From Diadema antillarum (taxonomy: Eukaryota): a DNA stretch of 64,000 nucleotides. This document shows positions 25,594 to 38,364 of this stretch, piece after piece. The first letter of the stretch is position 1. Each line of letters begins with the position of its first letter. The notes beneath the pieces were generated by a model. That model was given only the letters and a program-made list of their open reading frames with translations. It was not told the origin of the DNA and made no database searches. The translations under genes and the position numbers were made by a program. The stretch is from contig NW_027271030.1 in assembly GCF_040938485.1 (NCBI RefSeq), positions 1,612,001 through 1,676,000 of the forward strand, read 5' to 3'.

Positions 25594-27971
25594 TACCAGC
25601 GAATGAATTCCGGATTATATTTCTTGTCCGGTCTTCTGAGGTGCAAGCACACGTTATGTCACAGGCGCGACACGGTCCGCAAGACGTTGTTGGTATTATG
25701 CTAACCCTGGAATGCTACCCGGGAATTTACATTTCATACTACATCGTCACCCTCAAAGAGGTACATGTATTTGAGTGCGACGAGTGCCGATCGCATTTAA
25801 TGTAGGCACGGACAAAGGATGGTCGAATTGGACTGAATGATTGCCCGTTGGACAGTACAAAATATAATTAACCTTATTTCTTAAAGTCTTATCTCAAACA
25901 AACTGCAATTTTCGGTTACCTCTAATTCGAATGATATCGATATCTATATTTTCTAGTCTGGAGCAAACGATGGGCCCAAAACCATGAAAACCTAACTGTA
26001 CAAACACGTAAGAAGAAAATCAAAACCACCTAGTTGGTCGTCTTTCCCTTACCCATGTGAGGGATGATAATTCAAATGAATATGCAATAAACAGTATGCT
26101 CCCATCAGGAAGCATAACCCCAACTTGACCAGGATGGGCCCAACTCGTAAATATATCTGCTTATATCTTCTTCTTCTTCTTTAAAAAACAAAACAAAAAA
26201 CTTTGTATATATTTTTACATAGAAATAAAACAAAGTCAAATCAAATTCAATTTGTATGAAATGTAAGTGTGGCAATCCATTTTCAATGTCAACTTGTCAT
26301 AACACTGAATAGTTTTAGAACATTATTATACAACGCCCAAGTAGATCCTTGTAATTTGATTGGAGGATTGTCGGTGACGTGATATTCAATAAGTACTCCA
26401 TTCAACGCGCCGTGCAATTTTGATTCTATTTTTGCGTGCAACTTGGTTCGATTTTTTCGTTCTATTCCACGGTTCGAGAAATTGTACGATACTGCATGTA
26501 CCGTGTGTTGCATATTGCAGCTAGCGCGGTGAACGTGTGCGGTACATCCCATGCGCGTATGTAGGCCTTCGTACGTAGTGCTAGTGTACGTGTATGAGCG
26601 CTAGCTGTTACCTGTATCTACACTGATTGCACAAGCCAGAAAGAGAATCGCAGTGGATCCACATGTAAGTATGGCTAAATTTTTCATATAGACTTCTAGG
26701 CCTACTTAGACCTACCCAACAATCCTCCAACCAAACAGAGATCTACTTGGACGTTGTATAAAACAAATAGTGTATGGTCTTTACTCGTGCAATTACCATT
26801 GCACTCGTGACCATTCACTATTTGTATATTATGTCATGTCTTAGATATTAGTGAAGAGTCATTCTCTTCGGGTGGTTTGGTTGACCTTGACCAAATCCGA
26901 AAACGCGTCATTTAAAGAGCATCCATCTATTTAGAATATGAATTTGCTATGTTATTAGTGTCTACTCATTATGTAAATGATTGCCATTAAGACTGGAGCA
27001 ATCGTTGTCATTAAGTGGCTACATGTGATATTGATGGTTTGTCTGAGATGTGTCATTCCCTCACTATTGCAAGTTAAGTATGCTTAAGGATCGAGCTGGC
27101 CGAAGTTGTAGTTTAGTATGGTATTCTTTGTAACATGACATAAAACAATTGCTTTTCCCATAAAACAGTCCAAAAGTGATGCAGGTAAGTATATAACAAG
27201 TTGAATATTTTGCATATCTGACTCGTGAAACATGAATCATCTCAAAGCTAAAGAGCTCGATAAGTCTATCCAAACAAAGGTTGTAAGAGCAACAATTTAG
27301 GTATATCTGCACTCAAAAAGTTGAGGAATGTGATGTACATTTTCAACTTTATATGAAACTTAGACATTCTATACATATCATACCAAAGTTAAAGAGCAGG
27401 CAAAGTCTATCTAAACAAAAGTTATGGCAACAGCTCCTCTAGTTCTTTAGTACCCAAATAGTTGAGTGATGTTACGTTATCAAATACATTATCAAATCTA
27501 TAAATTGCATGTATTCAGTGCATTTCACAATGACAGAATTAAGCTGAACTTCATCAATTTCAGTGAAAAATGGAAGAGTCTCCGCTTAACGCCGGTACGT
27601 CTTTCTGAATATGTGACAAGTAGGTTACGATAGCGTTTTAAAGAGTAATTGATCAGCTCCAGAATTATGCCTGTGATAATAGATTTGAAAATGATATTTC
27701 TGAATTCAAATCTGGCACCACTTTAGTCATGGTCAAATTGAAACGTGTCTGGAATTTATTTCTAGTAAACAAAGGATACAGCCGGTTACCCCTATTTCAT
27801 CCCAGTAAATCTCATTTTTAGTTCATATATGTATTTACTTAAATTTTCTGTGGCAAGTGGAGAAACTTGCATACAGGAAGATTATCATTATCATTGTAGT
27901 GATTTTCTTTTAACGCAAATCTAAGTCAATAAGTTCACTCTTCTAGCCGAGGTTTGATTAGTGTCCCGAAT

Positions 27972-29589
27972 TTACGGAGGGGCTATTCTAAACCTGTGCA
28001 TTTCCTCGTAGTACGGCATTTCCATATCGGCAACCTCCCTGATATCCTTTGTCGCCCCGTCAAGGGAAGTGGAAGTAGAGGAAGATTTAAAACAAGTACT
28101 CTTAAAGGCGTCAGCAAACCACATATTATAGCGCGGAGCGTCGAGGACGTTCGAACAGAAACTTTGCCACGTGCGGACCACATCGGATGAGGCGTCCCAA
28201 GTTACGTAATCCTCGGAGTATGGGATACCTAGTGCGCGGAAGAGCAGTGGAAGTAAGGTTGCCGGATCTTCCATGAGTTCATCGATGTCGACAATGACCG
28301 GGTCGTTATCGACGTTTTCTCGAATGTGGCACCACAATTCGTGGATTTCCCTGAAAAAGTAAAGCGTTCCTTCCTCCGGTGGCTGTGCATAATCCATAAC
28401 ATTGAAGTTTTCTAGATCCGGTTTCGGCATACCCTGTGGTAGATCCTTGGGATCCACTCCTTCTACTGATTTCAGCAATATCTTCCGAAAGGATTTGTAC
28501 ACCTTCACAGGATGACGTATGAGGAAGCAATGTCGAAAACCACTGGATGGATCAGGCAGGTACTTGTATCGGCTTGGTGGCATGCCAAAGGCCATGTCTT
28601 TGATGAAGACAAATTTAGTGGTTTGAGGAATCGAGTCGAATATTTGCTTCAGTCTAACAGGTCTGTGGATAAGGACAGAAGTAATTACAGTGATGTATCT
28701 TATTTGACTTCTCATACACGAATGAAAATGAATTGAATCCTTGGTTTAAGATGTTGGCTAGATAGAATTTAAAAACAAATCATGGAGATCAACTACATTT
28801 CACCGCATTCTAATGGACATGTGTATACCATGGACTTTACTTAAATGGGAATTGTAATTCAGATCAAGAGTTCAAGTTTACTTGTCATAGCTCTTTAGGT
28901 TTTCCAAGCCATTTACATTGTTTGAGTCTAGGAAGAAAGGCAAGTTGCAAGTATTCACCCTCATTCCTATTCTTGATTCATTTTTTTTTCCTCTTTAATA
29001 ATTATTATACTGACTGTAATAAACAAGTGCTACGAAAACACTGTTTATACAGACAGTGACACGGCATTTGCTCCTACGACAATTATTCCGGTCTTATTTT
29101 CTCTAAAAGGACCTAGTGTTAGAGTTAGGGATATGATAGTGGTTCAGGTTTACTTTGATATGAGGATTAAGATTAGGGTTTAGGTTATGTTTGTAGATGT
29201 AATTTATGTTTGGCTTAGCGTGCAGATATTTCATGGAAGCTATTGTCGCAGGAGCTAATGTCATGGAACCCATACAGACATAGTACGTTTCGAAAACAGA
29301 AGACTTACGACAATAGATCGAGTTTGAAGTTCTCTGTGTCACCTCCCATATTCAAGTTTTTCGCTGCATCCAGGTAAACCTCTTCGTTACCATCAATTTC
29401 AAGAGGAAGCGGATCGGAATGATATAGTTCCCTGGCCATCCTGGAAAAGACGTACGGCTCTAGCCAGATTTCGGCGCCGTCAACGAAGCTCATGCATTTT
29501 GTCATTGCTGTCGACACAGAGCGGGGAACGCACCACATGATGATGCGTGCGTTGTTGTCACCTCCTGCCATGTTCGCGTCACATGCCAT
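27972..29589 (-). CDS. ST-3: sulfotransferase-fold protein paralog, 323 aa
   Basis: Exon A 29589-29309, exon B 28662-27972, same GT-AG phase-2 intron. CDS 972 nt, open. Confidence 0.9.
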
Positions 29590-29938
29590 TTTATTCCTCC
29601 TACAAATTGTTTTAGGCAGGTTAAAGAAGACATTTTTACAGAGGGAAGGAAGTGACTCAAACGCAGTAATAGAAAGCTAATATTCATTAGACAAAATGTA
29701 TGTTGCAATATATACTGGTTCCTTCAAAATGATCAAATAAGTGGTAACCATTTTCAGTATCTAAACTGGTCTTTCATTATCGTAGTTCGAATAAAAATGT
29801 AGTTTCACAAAAGCTAATGAACGTTAGTGATTTAAATAGATACCATTTTGATTGGTAGGTTTGTTGAGAGCAGCTGATCTCCCAGTCGCAACATTTAAAA
29901 TTACACACACACACACGCATATATATATACATAATATT

Positions 29939-30232
29939 GGGCCGTGACGCGAGAAAAGGGCCCTTAGGGCATTATATACCGAAAATGAGTTTTCACCTCC
30001 ATATTGTACAAGAAACTCTGACGTATTTGGATATGCAAATCTCTGTCTGAAATTCCACTCCTAAATGCTCCAATTACCACATTCAAAACAGCATGTTTTG
30101 TCCAAATCCTGTCACTTTTTGATGCGTCTATGCATTTCCGCGTAGTTAACTAGTTGATCTTTTTTGCGCGTATTGCTTTGTTAAACGTCCGCGTCGTTTT
30201 CTAGCGTTTGCGCGCAGCGCCGCTAAGGGCCC
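29939..30232. mobile_element. TIR element in the ST-3 leader intron (Sola2-like terminus), right end in a gap
   Basis: GGGCCGTGACGCGAGAAAAGGGCCCTTAG ... CTAAGGGCCC|N. Absent from the ST-2 and ST-5 leader introns. Confidence 0.45.
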
Positions 30233-30401
30233 NNNNNNNNNNNNNNNNNNNNNNNNNNNNNNNNNNNNNNNNNNNNNNNNNNNNNNNNNNNNNNNNNNNN
30301 NNNNNNNNNNNNNNNNNNNNNNNNNNNNNNNNNNNNNNNNNNNNNNNNNNNNNNNNNNNNNNNNNNNNNNNNNNNNNNNNNNNNNNNNNNNNNNNNNNNN
30401 N
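30233..30401. other. Assembly gap
   Basis: Run of N. Confidence 1.
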
Positions 30402-30661
30402 GGTCTTTACTCGTGCAATGGAACAAGATTGTACCATTGTACCATCGCACTCGTGACCATTCACTATTTGTATAATATACATGTACATACATTCTGAATC
30501 GATGACCGAGCCCCTATGTCGTCGCTCAAGGAAAGACGAACTTCATCTGCATAGTTTCAAAACAAGTGTATCAATTTCTTTGGTGAAGAAGGAATAAAGC
30601 TGTCTAATGGATATGTAGCAGTAGCTATGCTTGATCTCGTACCATGCGCTGCAAAGCTTAC

Positions 30662-30990
30662 CAGTGCTCGTCTTGTTCCGCGAAAATTGTTCCTCTTTCC
30701 TTTTGAGATCCTTTCGTGTCAGCAACTCTCCGACGAATGGTTCGATGTTAATTGTGTCTCTGTTTTGAGTGCAAGTATGTGTTCGATATCTCGCAGTGGC
30801 ATTTTCTGCCATAGCTTGTCTCTTTCTTATTGACACAAAGCGATCTTAAAAACATTGTGAAGTGGATCTGTCTTACGGTGGCGTGATAGTAAAGTCGACG
30901 TGATTAACTTGCGATAGCTACAAAGCATCTTAAGTTGTGAACCTGACCTTCGTCCCATAATGACATGAATGTGTAAACGTATAAGGGTTA
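30662..30990 (-). promoter_or_regulatory. ST-3 upstream module / putative leader exon
   Basis: Donor GTAAGC at 30661-30656; acceptor AG at 29601-29600. Confidence 0.6.
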
Positions 30991-31237
30991 AACGTCCTTT
31001 TCAGACTATATTAATCATATTCTTATGGTAATGACAGTTTCTGAATAGGAATGTTTTATCAAATACGTTCATTTGACATTACTTGTAAAACAATTTATCC
31101 GAATTGCAATATCAACACATAATGTGATAAAGGCAGCGTATCAGGAAACAAAGACAAGAACTATGCTCGTTTTTTCTTTCTTCGCTTGTCTCTGTGTTAC
31201 CATAGTGTGAGATAAGAATATAAATTAGACAAACATA

Positions 31238-31509
31238 GAGCAGTGATTTGGTTCAGTCGGTAGCGCGTGTACCTCCAGATAATGGACCCAGGTTTGATTC
31301 CCAAGTCGAATTGAGCAGTGCTGCGTGTCATCAAACAGTATGAGAGGGTCACAAGTCAGGCACGTAAAAGATCAATCATCGCAAAGAGCAGGGTGCATAA
31401 CCTGGTGAAGTGGTCCCGCCTCACATCCAACTGGACCCCATGGAAGACCAGCTAGTGCAACTGAATATTGGTTATCCAGTCATCTTCTCACATGGAATAA
31501 ATAAATAAG

Positions 31510-31572
<63 letters not shown>

Positions 31573-31590
31573 ATAGATAAACAAACATAC
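31238..31590 (+). mobile_element. tRNA-derived SINE with (TAAA)n tail
   Basis: Same family and same relative position as the copy at 22149. Confidence 0.7.
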
Positions 31591-33973
31591 TGACTTTGAG
31601 TGAAGTCTGAATTGTTGTTCGATACATTGCCCAACAAGCTCAACGTGAATCACAAGTTAAATACATGCATTGCTAATTATATTGGAAGGAAATACAAAAT
31701 GTACCAGAAAAAATAAGGACAAACTACAAAATCCCATTCCCTTGCCCATGTATTGATTTGCTGTGGTTTGGTTTTATTTTTGTATTTTCAACATTCCTAT
31801 AAGAAATAAAGCTTGATCATTTTCAATAATATTTCAAACATCAGAATATACAATGAAAATGGAACTTTCAAGTTTGTTATTAATCAATTTCAAATAAAAG
31901 GAATGTTCAGGACGGGAAAATAAAGCAGACCGCACATCGTAAGCCCATTGCATTATACAATTACAAATCATATAGAGACGTAATCTGACCAGTACTACAG
32001 CCCCTCTGATATAAAATCATTCCAAATTTTACGTCCTGATCATTTATATCACATAACGCGGCACTATGATCTTTTTTTATTTAGCCCCTGCAGGTTAACG
32101 CACCTAAATCATTACTACAATTCCTTTGCTATAGACTAATACTTCCCACTTTTTCTGCTACATTAACAACGATGTTTGCAATATTGGAGACATAAATCTA
32201 TCATGCCTTGCTCCAATCCAAATTCCGTATTCTGCTAATACAGAAAAGTGATATATCAGTTAAACAGCCTCATTCCTTTCTGGAAAGAAAACAATGTCCC
32301 ACAGTGTGTTCACAATGTGTTTACATGGTCGACTATTATGTGAAAACGCTCGAATACAACAGTGTGAAGATGATTGCACATTGTGGTGTACTTTTGCACA
32401 GAAAGCTCACATAGTAATGTTGTGTTACACACTGTGAATCCGTACTGTGAAAGGATGATTCACAATATGTTCATGACGTTAAACCGCTCGAATTTAACAG
32501 AGTGTGACAAAATTCCCCACTGTGTTCGCTTTATGTTTACCCCGTGTTCACATTGTGTTTCTCACTGTGTGACACTGTGTTCTTACCAGCAGGGTTTTTA
32601 CCACTCAACGAATTCTGCTTTCATTCATATACGGTAGGTCCTACGAAGGTTGCCTACATGTCCAACTACAAATTAGTGTTTTAATACTGTCAAGTAAACC
32701 AGCTGCCTGTAACTACCAAAACTGAAAAAAAAAAGAATCCAACAATAGAACATCATAAAATGATACCTTGTTTTTCAATTACATATTGATGACTCTTTAG
32801 ATATCAATGAGGTGAAATGTCTTACATTTATAGCGTTGTCTCGGGTTATAACATTCAGGGTTAAAATGTATAATAAGGGTGGACTAAGGTTTATACATTT
32901 ATGTTCGATATCTTATCTCCATGGGGCGACAGCGACCATGACAAAATGAAAAATGACAAACTGTGCATCTATACAATTTCTTTTTCCCACTAATAGGTCG
33001 AGATATGTGTTTGAATGGTTCGTTACCTCTACGTTTAAAACTTAAACGACGTTTCTTTATCAAGTTTCGGTATGAAAATTTTGTGTCTGAACAGGGGTAA
33101 GACTTAATTATGTAATACATTTAGGGTCGATTCGTTTTGGGTGACAATGTTTAGCATTACGTTCGATATTGCATTCCCGGGGATACTGGGGAGTTTGCCA
33201 GGAATTGTTCAACGAGTTCTGAAAAGTCACCAGGCACTGTTCGTATTATAAATACTATGAAATTATAAAATATTATGTCTATCAAATCAAAAGTTGTAAA
33301 AGCATCATCTTCTCTAATATGTTAGTACTCCTATAGTTGAGTAATGTGGCGTCCATTTTCAACTCCATGAGATGTATGCATTCTATACATTTCATACCGA
33401 AGTTAAAGAGCACCCTAGGCTTTCTAAATTAAAGTTATAACAACTTCTCCTCTAGTTCTTCAGGTTGAGTAAAGATACGTACATTATCAACTCTATAAAC
33501 TGCATGCATTCAAGAATTTCACAATGACGGAATTATGAACTGAATTTCATCGATTTCAGTGAAAAATAGAAGAGTCTGTGCCTACCGCCAGTTCGTGTGT
33601 CTGAGTATGACAACAAGTAGGTTACGATAGCTTTCTAAAGAGCTATTGATCTGCTCCGGAAGCAAACAATTGCCTGTAATAATAGATTTGAAAATGACAT
33701 TTGTGAATTCAAATCTGACAGCACTTTAGTCATGGTCACATTGAAAAGTGTCTGGAATTTACTTCTAGTCAACAAAGGATACAGCAGGTTACCACAATTT
33801 CATTCCTGTAAATTGCATGTTAAGTTAATACTAACTGAAATTTTCTGTGGCAAGTGGTTGAAATTGCATACACGAGGACGACCATAATATTATTACAGTG
33901 ATTTTTTTTTTAATGCAAACTTACGCCAAAAAGAGGACCCTCTGGTAGGTGTTTGAATGGTGTACCGAATTTA

Positions 33974-35269
33974 CTAAGGGGTTATTCTAAACTTGTACAT
34001 TTCCTCGTAGTACGGCATTTCCTTCTCTGCAATATCCCTGATATCCTTTGTCACCCCGTCAAGAGAAGCGGAAGTAGAGGAAGGTTTGAAACAAGTACTC
34101 TTAAAGGCGTTGGCAAACCACAGTTTATAGCGTGGAGCCTCGAGGACGTTCGAACAGACACTGTGCCACTTCAGGACCACATCGGATGAGGCGTCCCAAG
34201 TTAGGTAATCCTCGGAGTACGGGATACCGAGTGCGCGGAAGAGCAGTGGAAGTATGGTTGCCGGATCCTCCATGAGTTCATCGATATCGACAATGACCGG
34301 GTTGTTATCGACGTTTTCTCGAATGTGGCACCACAATTCGTGGATTTCCCTGAAAAAGTAAAACGTTCCTTCCTCCGGTGCCGGTGCAAAATCCATAACA
34401 TCAAAGTTTTCTGGGTCTGGTTTCGGCATACCCTGTGGTAGATCCTTGGGATCCACTCCTTCTACTGATTTCAGCAATGTCTTCCGAAAGGATTTGTACG
34501 CCTTCACAGGATGACGTATGAGGAAGCAATGTCGAAAACCACTGGATGGATCAGGCAGGTACTTGTATCGGCTTGGTGGCATACCAAAGGCCATGTCTTT
34601 GACGAAGACAAATTTCGTGGTGGGAGGAATCGAGTCGAATATTTGCTTCAGTCTAACAGGTCTGTGGATGAGGACAAAAGATATCATAGACATGCTTTGT
34701 TATTGTTGTTTTTTATTGACTTCTCAAATAGGATAAACAAAACCATTAAGCAATTGTAATTTAGATCAAGAGTTCAAGTTTACTTGGCATAGCTCTTTAC
34801 GTTTTGCAAGCCATTGACATTGTTTGAGTCTAGGAGGAAAGGCAAGTCGTAAGTATTCGTCCTCACTCCTATTTTTAATTATATTGTTTCTTTATTTCAT
34901 TACTGAGTATATTAAACAAATTTGACACAAACACTGCCAAACAGACATGGTACGTTTAATAAAACATAACACTTACGACAATAGATCGAGTTTGAAGTTC
35001 TGTGTGTCACCTCCGAAATTCAAATTTTTTGCTGCATCCAGGTAAGCCTCTTCGTTACCATCAAATTCAGCAGGAAGCGAGTCGGAGTCGGAATTATATA
35101 GTTTACGGAATTCTCTGGCCATCCTGGAAATGACGTATGACTCCAGCCAGATTTCGGCCCCGTCAACGAAGCTCATGCATTTTGTCATTGCTGTCGACAC
35201 CGAGCGGGGAACGCACCACATGATGACTCGTGCGCGCCCGTCTTCTGCCGTTCTTGGGTCAGTGGCCAT
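33974..35269 (-). CDS. ST-4: sulfotransferase-fold protein paralog, 326 aa
   Basis: Exon A 35269-34977 (MATDPRT...), exon B 34661-33974. CDS 981 nt, open. Confidence 0.9.
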
Positions 35270-35673
35270 TTTATTCCTTCTGCAAATGGTGGTCATCGGG
35301 TTAAAGACGATATTGTTCCAGAGGAAAGAAAGTGATTGAAACGAAATGAAAAAGAGCTAACATCCACCCGACAAGAGTTGAGTTGCAAACATGGTTCTTC
35401 AAAAGATCAAATAATTACAATTTTAAGAATCTAACCTCCTCTTACATTTTTGCAGTTCGAAAAAAAAAAGTTCAGTTACACAACCATTTATAAAACATAT
35501 AGTGGCCTATCAGATAGATTACTTCTTAGTCGTTGACGAACGACACTTCTTCATCACTCTACAAAGTTTCTCTCCTTATAAATTACTTTTTATCAAGAAG
35601 CAAAACTATCTTATGGATGTAAGAGTAGCCTTTCCTATTCGACTGATCTCGTACCATGCGCTATGATGCTTAC

Positions 35674-36045
35674 CAGTACACGCCTTGTTGCGTTAAAATT
35701 GCCACCCTTTCACGTTGAGAGCTTTTCGCGTCAGCAACCCTCCGACGAATGGTTCGATGCAGATTGTGTTTAGCGTCTTGAATGGAAGTGTGTTCTATAT
35801 CTCGAGGTAGTACTTTCTATCATAGCTTGTCTTTTTCTTGTTGACACAAAGCGATCTTAACAACTTTGTGAAGTGGTTCAACCTCACGGGGGCGTGATAG
35901 TGAAGTCAATGTGATTACTTTAATAGCGAAAGCAAAAAAAAAAAATTCAATTGTGTACCTGACCTTCGTCCAACATAATGAATTGAATGTGTAAACACCA
36001 AGGTTGCACGACCTTTTCAGAATACATTAGTCATCTTCTTTATGT
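35674..36045 (-). promoter_or_regulatory. ST-4 upstream module / putative leader exon
   Basis: Donor GTAAGC at 35673-35668; CAG acceptor (AG at 35281-35280). Confidence 0.6.
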
Positions 36046-36092
36046 TGAGTAGATAGCCTTTTCAAAACCGTTTATTCGGTCAGACATAACTC

Positions 36093-36438
36093 GTAGAAGT
36101 TATTTGAACAAATCAAAAAATCCCGGAGACAGAATTTCCTCATGCAACTTTCGCTATCTGGAACAATACATAATTCCTTTGCACTTGATCAAACACAGTG
36201 TGTGGATTTCAGGCATATAGACTCTTCACATCAGTAACGTAGAGGCTGGGACAGGCTGGGACAGGCTGGGACAGGCCGACACCGCTACGTTACTGATGTG
36301 TAAATGATGGGGTATTTTTAACCCACGTGGTGTGTTTTGGTCAATTGGAAATGAATTATACATCTTGCAGATATAGCGAAATTTGCATCAAGCAAATCTG
36401 TCTCTAGGGTTTTTTTTTAATTTGACAAACATATCTAC
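36093..36438. mobile_element. Foldback element at the centre of the ST-4/ST-5 inversion
   Basis: About 90-bp imperfect outer arms. Perfect 16-bp inner arms CACATCAGTAACGTAG (36227-36242 / 36285-36300) flank (GGCTGGGACA)x3. Confidence 0.65.
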
Positions 36439-36454
36439 ATACACACTGTTTTAT

Positions 36455-36930
36455 CACAAAGAAGAAAACTAATGTACTCTGAAAAGGTCCTGTAACCTTG
36501 AAGTTTACACATTCATCTCATCATGACGGACGAAGTTCAGACACACAACTCAAAATGCTTTGTAGCTTTCGCAAATCAATCACGTTGACTCTACTATCTC
36601 GCCACCGTGAGACCAACCATTTCACAAAGTTTGTAAGATCACCTTGTGCCCAAAAGAGAGAGAGAGAGAGAGCCAAGATATTATAGAAAGTACCACTGCG
36701 AGATATCAACACACACTTGCATTCAAAACGCTTGACACAATCGACATCGGACCATTCGTCGGAGGGCTGCTGACACGAAAAGATCTCAAAAGGAAAGAGG
36801 GACAATTTTTAGCGCAACAGGCCGTGTACCGGTAAGCTATATAACGCATGGCACGAGATCAAGAGAATAGCAGAGAGTACTTTTGCTTCCTCACCTGTAA
36901 ATTATACAGGTGAAGTTCGTTTTTCCGTCA
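36455..36930 (+). promoter_or_regulatory. Orphan inverted upstream module with intact donor
   Basis: Reverse-complement homolog of the ST-4 module. G|GTAAGC at 36832-36837. No coding exon of its own follows; it ends at (TA)n. Confidence 0.55.
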
Positions 36931-36939
36931 GCAATTCAG

Positions 36940-36962
<23 letters not shown>

Positions 36963-36984
<22 letters not shown>

Positions 36985-37162
36985 GTTGTGCGCACCCTGC
37001 TCTTGGCGATAAGTAAAATCATGATCTTTTACGTGCATGAGTTGGGACCCTCCCACACTATATGATGACACACAGCATTGCTCAGATCGACTATAGGGAA
37101 TCAAACCTGGGTCCATTATCTGGAGGCACAACGCGCTACCGACTGAACCAAATCACTGCTCT
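36963..37162 (-). mobile_element. 3'-truncated tRNA-derived SINE
   Basis: Reverse complement of the 31238 SINE head, cut at (TA)n. Confidence 0.7.
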
Positions 37163-37429
37163 ATGTTTGTCTAATTCATATTCTTATCTCACAATAAAAA
37201 AGAAAATGTCAGTGATATTAATGGCATCACAGAGACAAGCAAAGAAAGAGAAACCGAGCAGAGCTGTTGTCTTTGTTTCCATTACGCTTCCAATATCTCA
37301 TTTAGTGCGGATATTGCAATCAGGGTTAAAATATATTACAAGTAATGTCAAATAAACGGATTTGATAAAACATTCATATTCAGATATTGTCATTACCATC
37401 AAGAATATGATTAATGAATTCTAAAAAGG

Positions 37430-37764
37430 TCGTATAACTTGACGTTTACACATTCATGTCGTTATGTCGGACGAAGGTCAGGTACACAACTAAAAATGCT
37501 TTGTAGCTATCGCAAGTTAATCACGTTGACTTTACTATTACGCCACCGTGAGACCGAACCACTTCACAAAGTTTGTAAGATCGTTGTGTGTCAACAACAA
37601 AGAGCCAAGATTTGATAGAAAGTACCACTGCGAGACATCGAACACATGCTTGCATTCAAAACGCTAGACACAATTAACATCGGACCATTCGTCGGAGGGT
37701 TGCTGACACGAAGAGATCCCAAAGGGAAGAGAGACAATTTTTAGCGCAAACAGGGCGTGCACTG
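37430..37764 (+). promoter_or_regulatory. ST-5 upstream module / putative leader exon
   Basis: Donor GTAAGC at 37765-37770; TAG acceptor (AG at 38353-38354). Confidence 0.6.
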
Positions 37765-37940
37765 GTAAGCTTTACAGCGCATGGTACAATATCGAGCTTA
37801 GCTACTGCTACATATCCATTAGATAGTTTTGCTTCTTCACCAAAGAATTTGATACACTTGTTTTGAAACTATGCAGATGAAGTTCGTCTTTCCTTGAGCG
37901 ACGATATAGGGGCTCGGTCATCGATTCAGAATGTACATTT

Positions 37941-38020
<80 letters not shown>

Positions 38021-38364
38021 TTGCAGGTTTATATACGTTCATAATTATAAATGTTGTTACTGGGAGATCAGCCGCTCGAAACAAAACTACCGATCAAACT
38101 GGTATCTATTTAGATCACTAACGTTCATTAGATTTGTCAAACTCTACATCTTTATCACGTTGTTTATTCGAACTATGATAATGAAAGATCAGTTTAGATG
38201 CTGAAAATGGTTACCACTTATTCGATCATTTTGAAGGAACCAGTATTGCAACATTACTCTTGTCTAGTGAATGTTAGCTTTCTATTATTGCGTTTGAGGC
38301 ACTTCCTTCTCTCTGTAACAATATCTTCTTGAAACTGCTTAAAACTCTTTGTAGGAGCAATAAA

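Noticed and set aside
18813-29589. ST-2 and ST-3 as two alleles assembled in tandem
   Set aside because: Each has private transposon insertions and a different exon-2 patch, so paralogy is more likely. The gaps between them mean this is not fully excluded without long reads.
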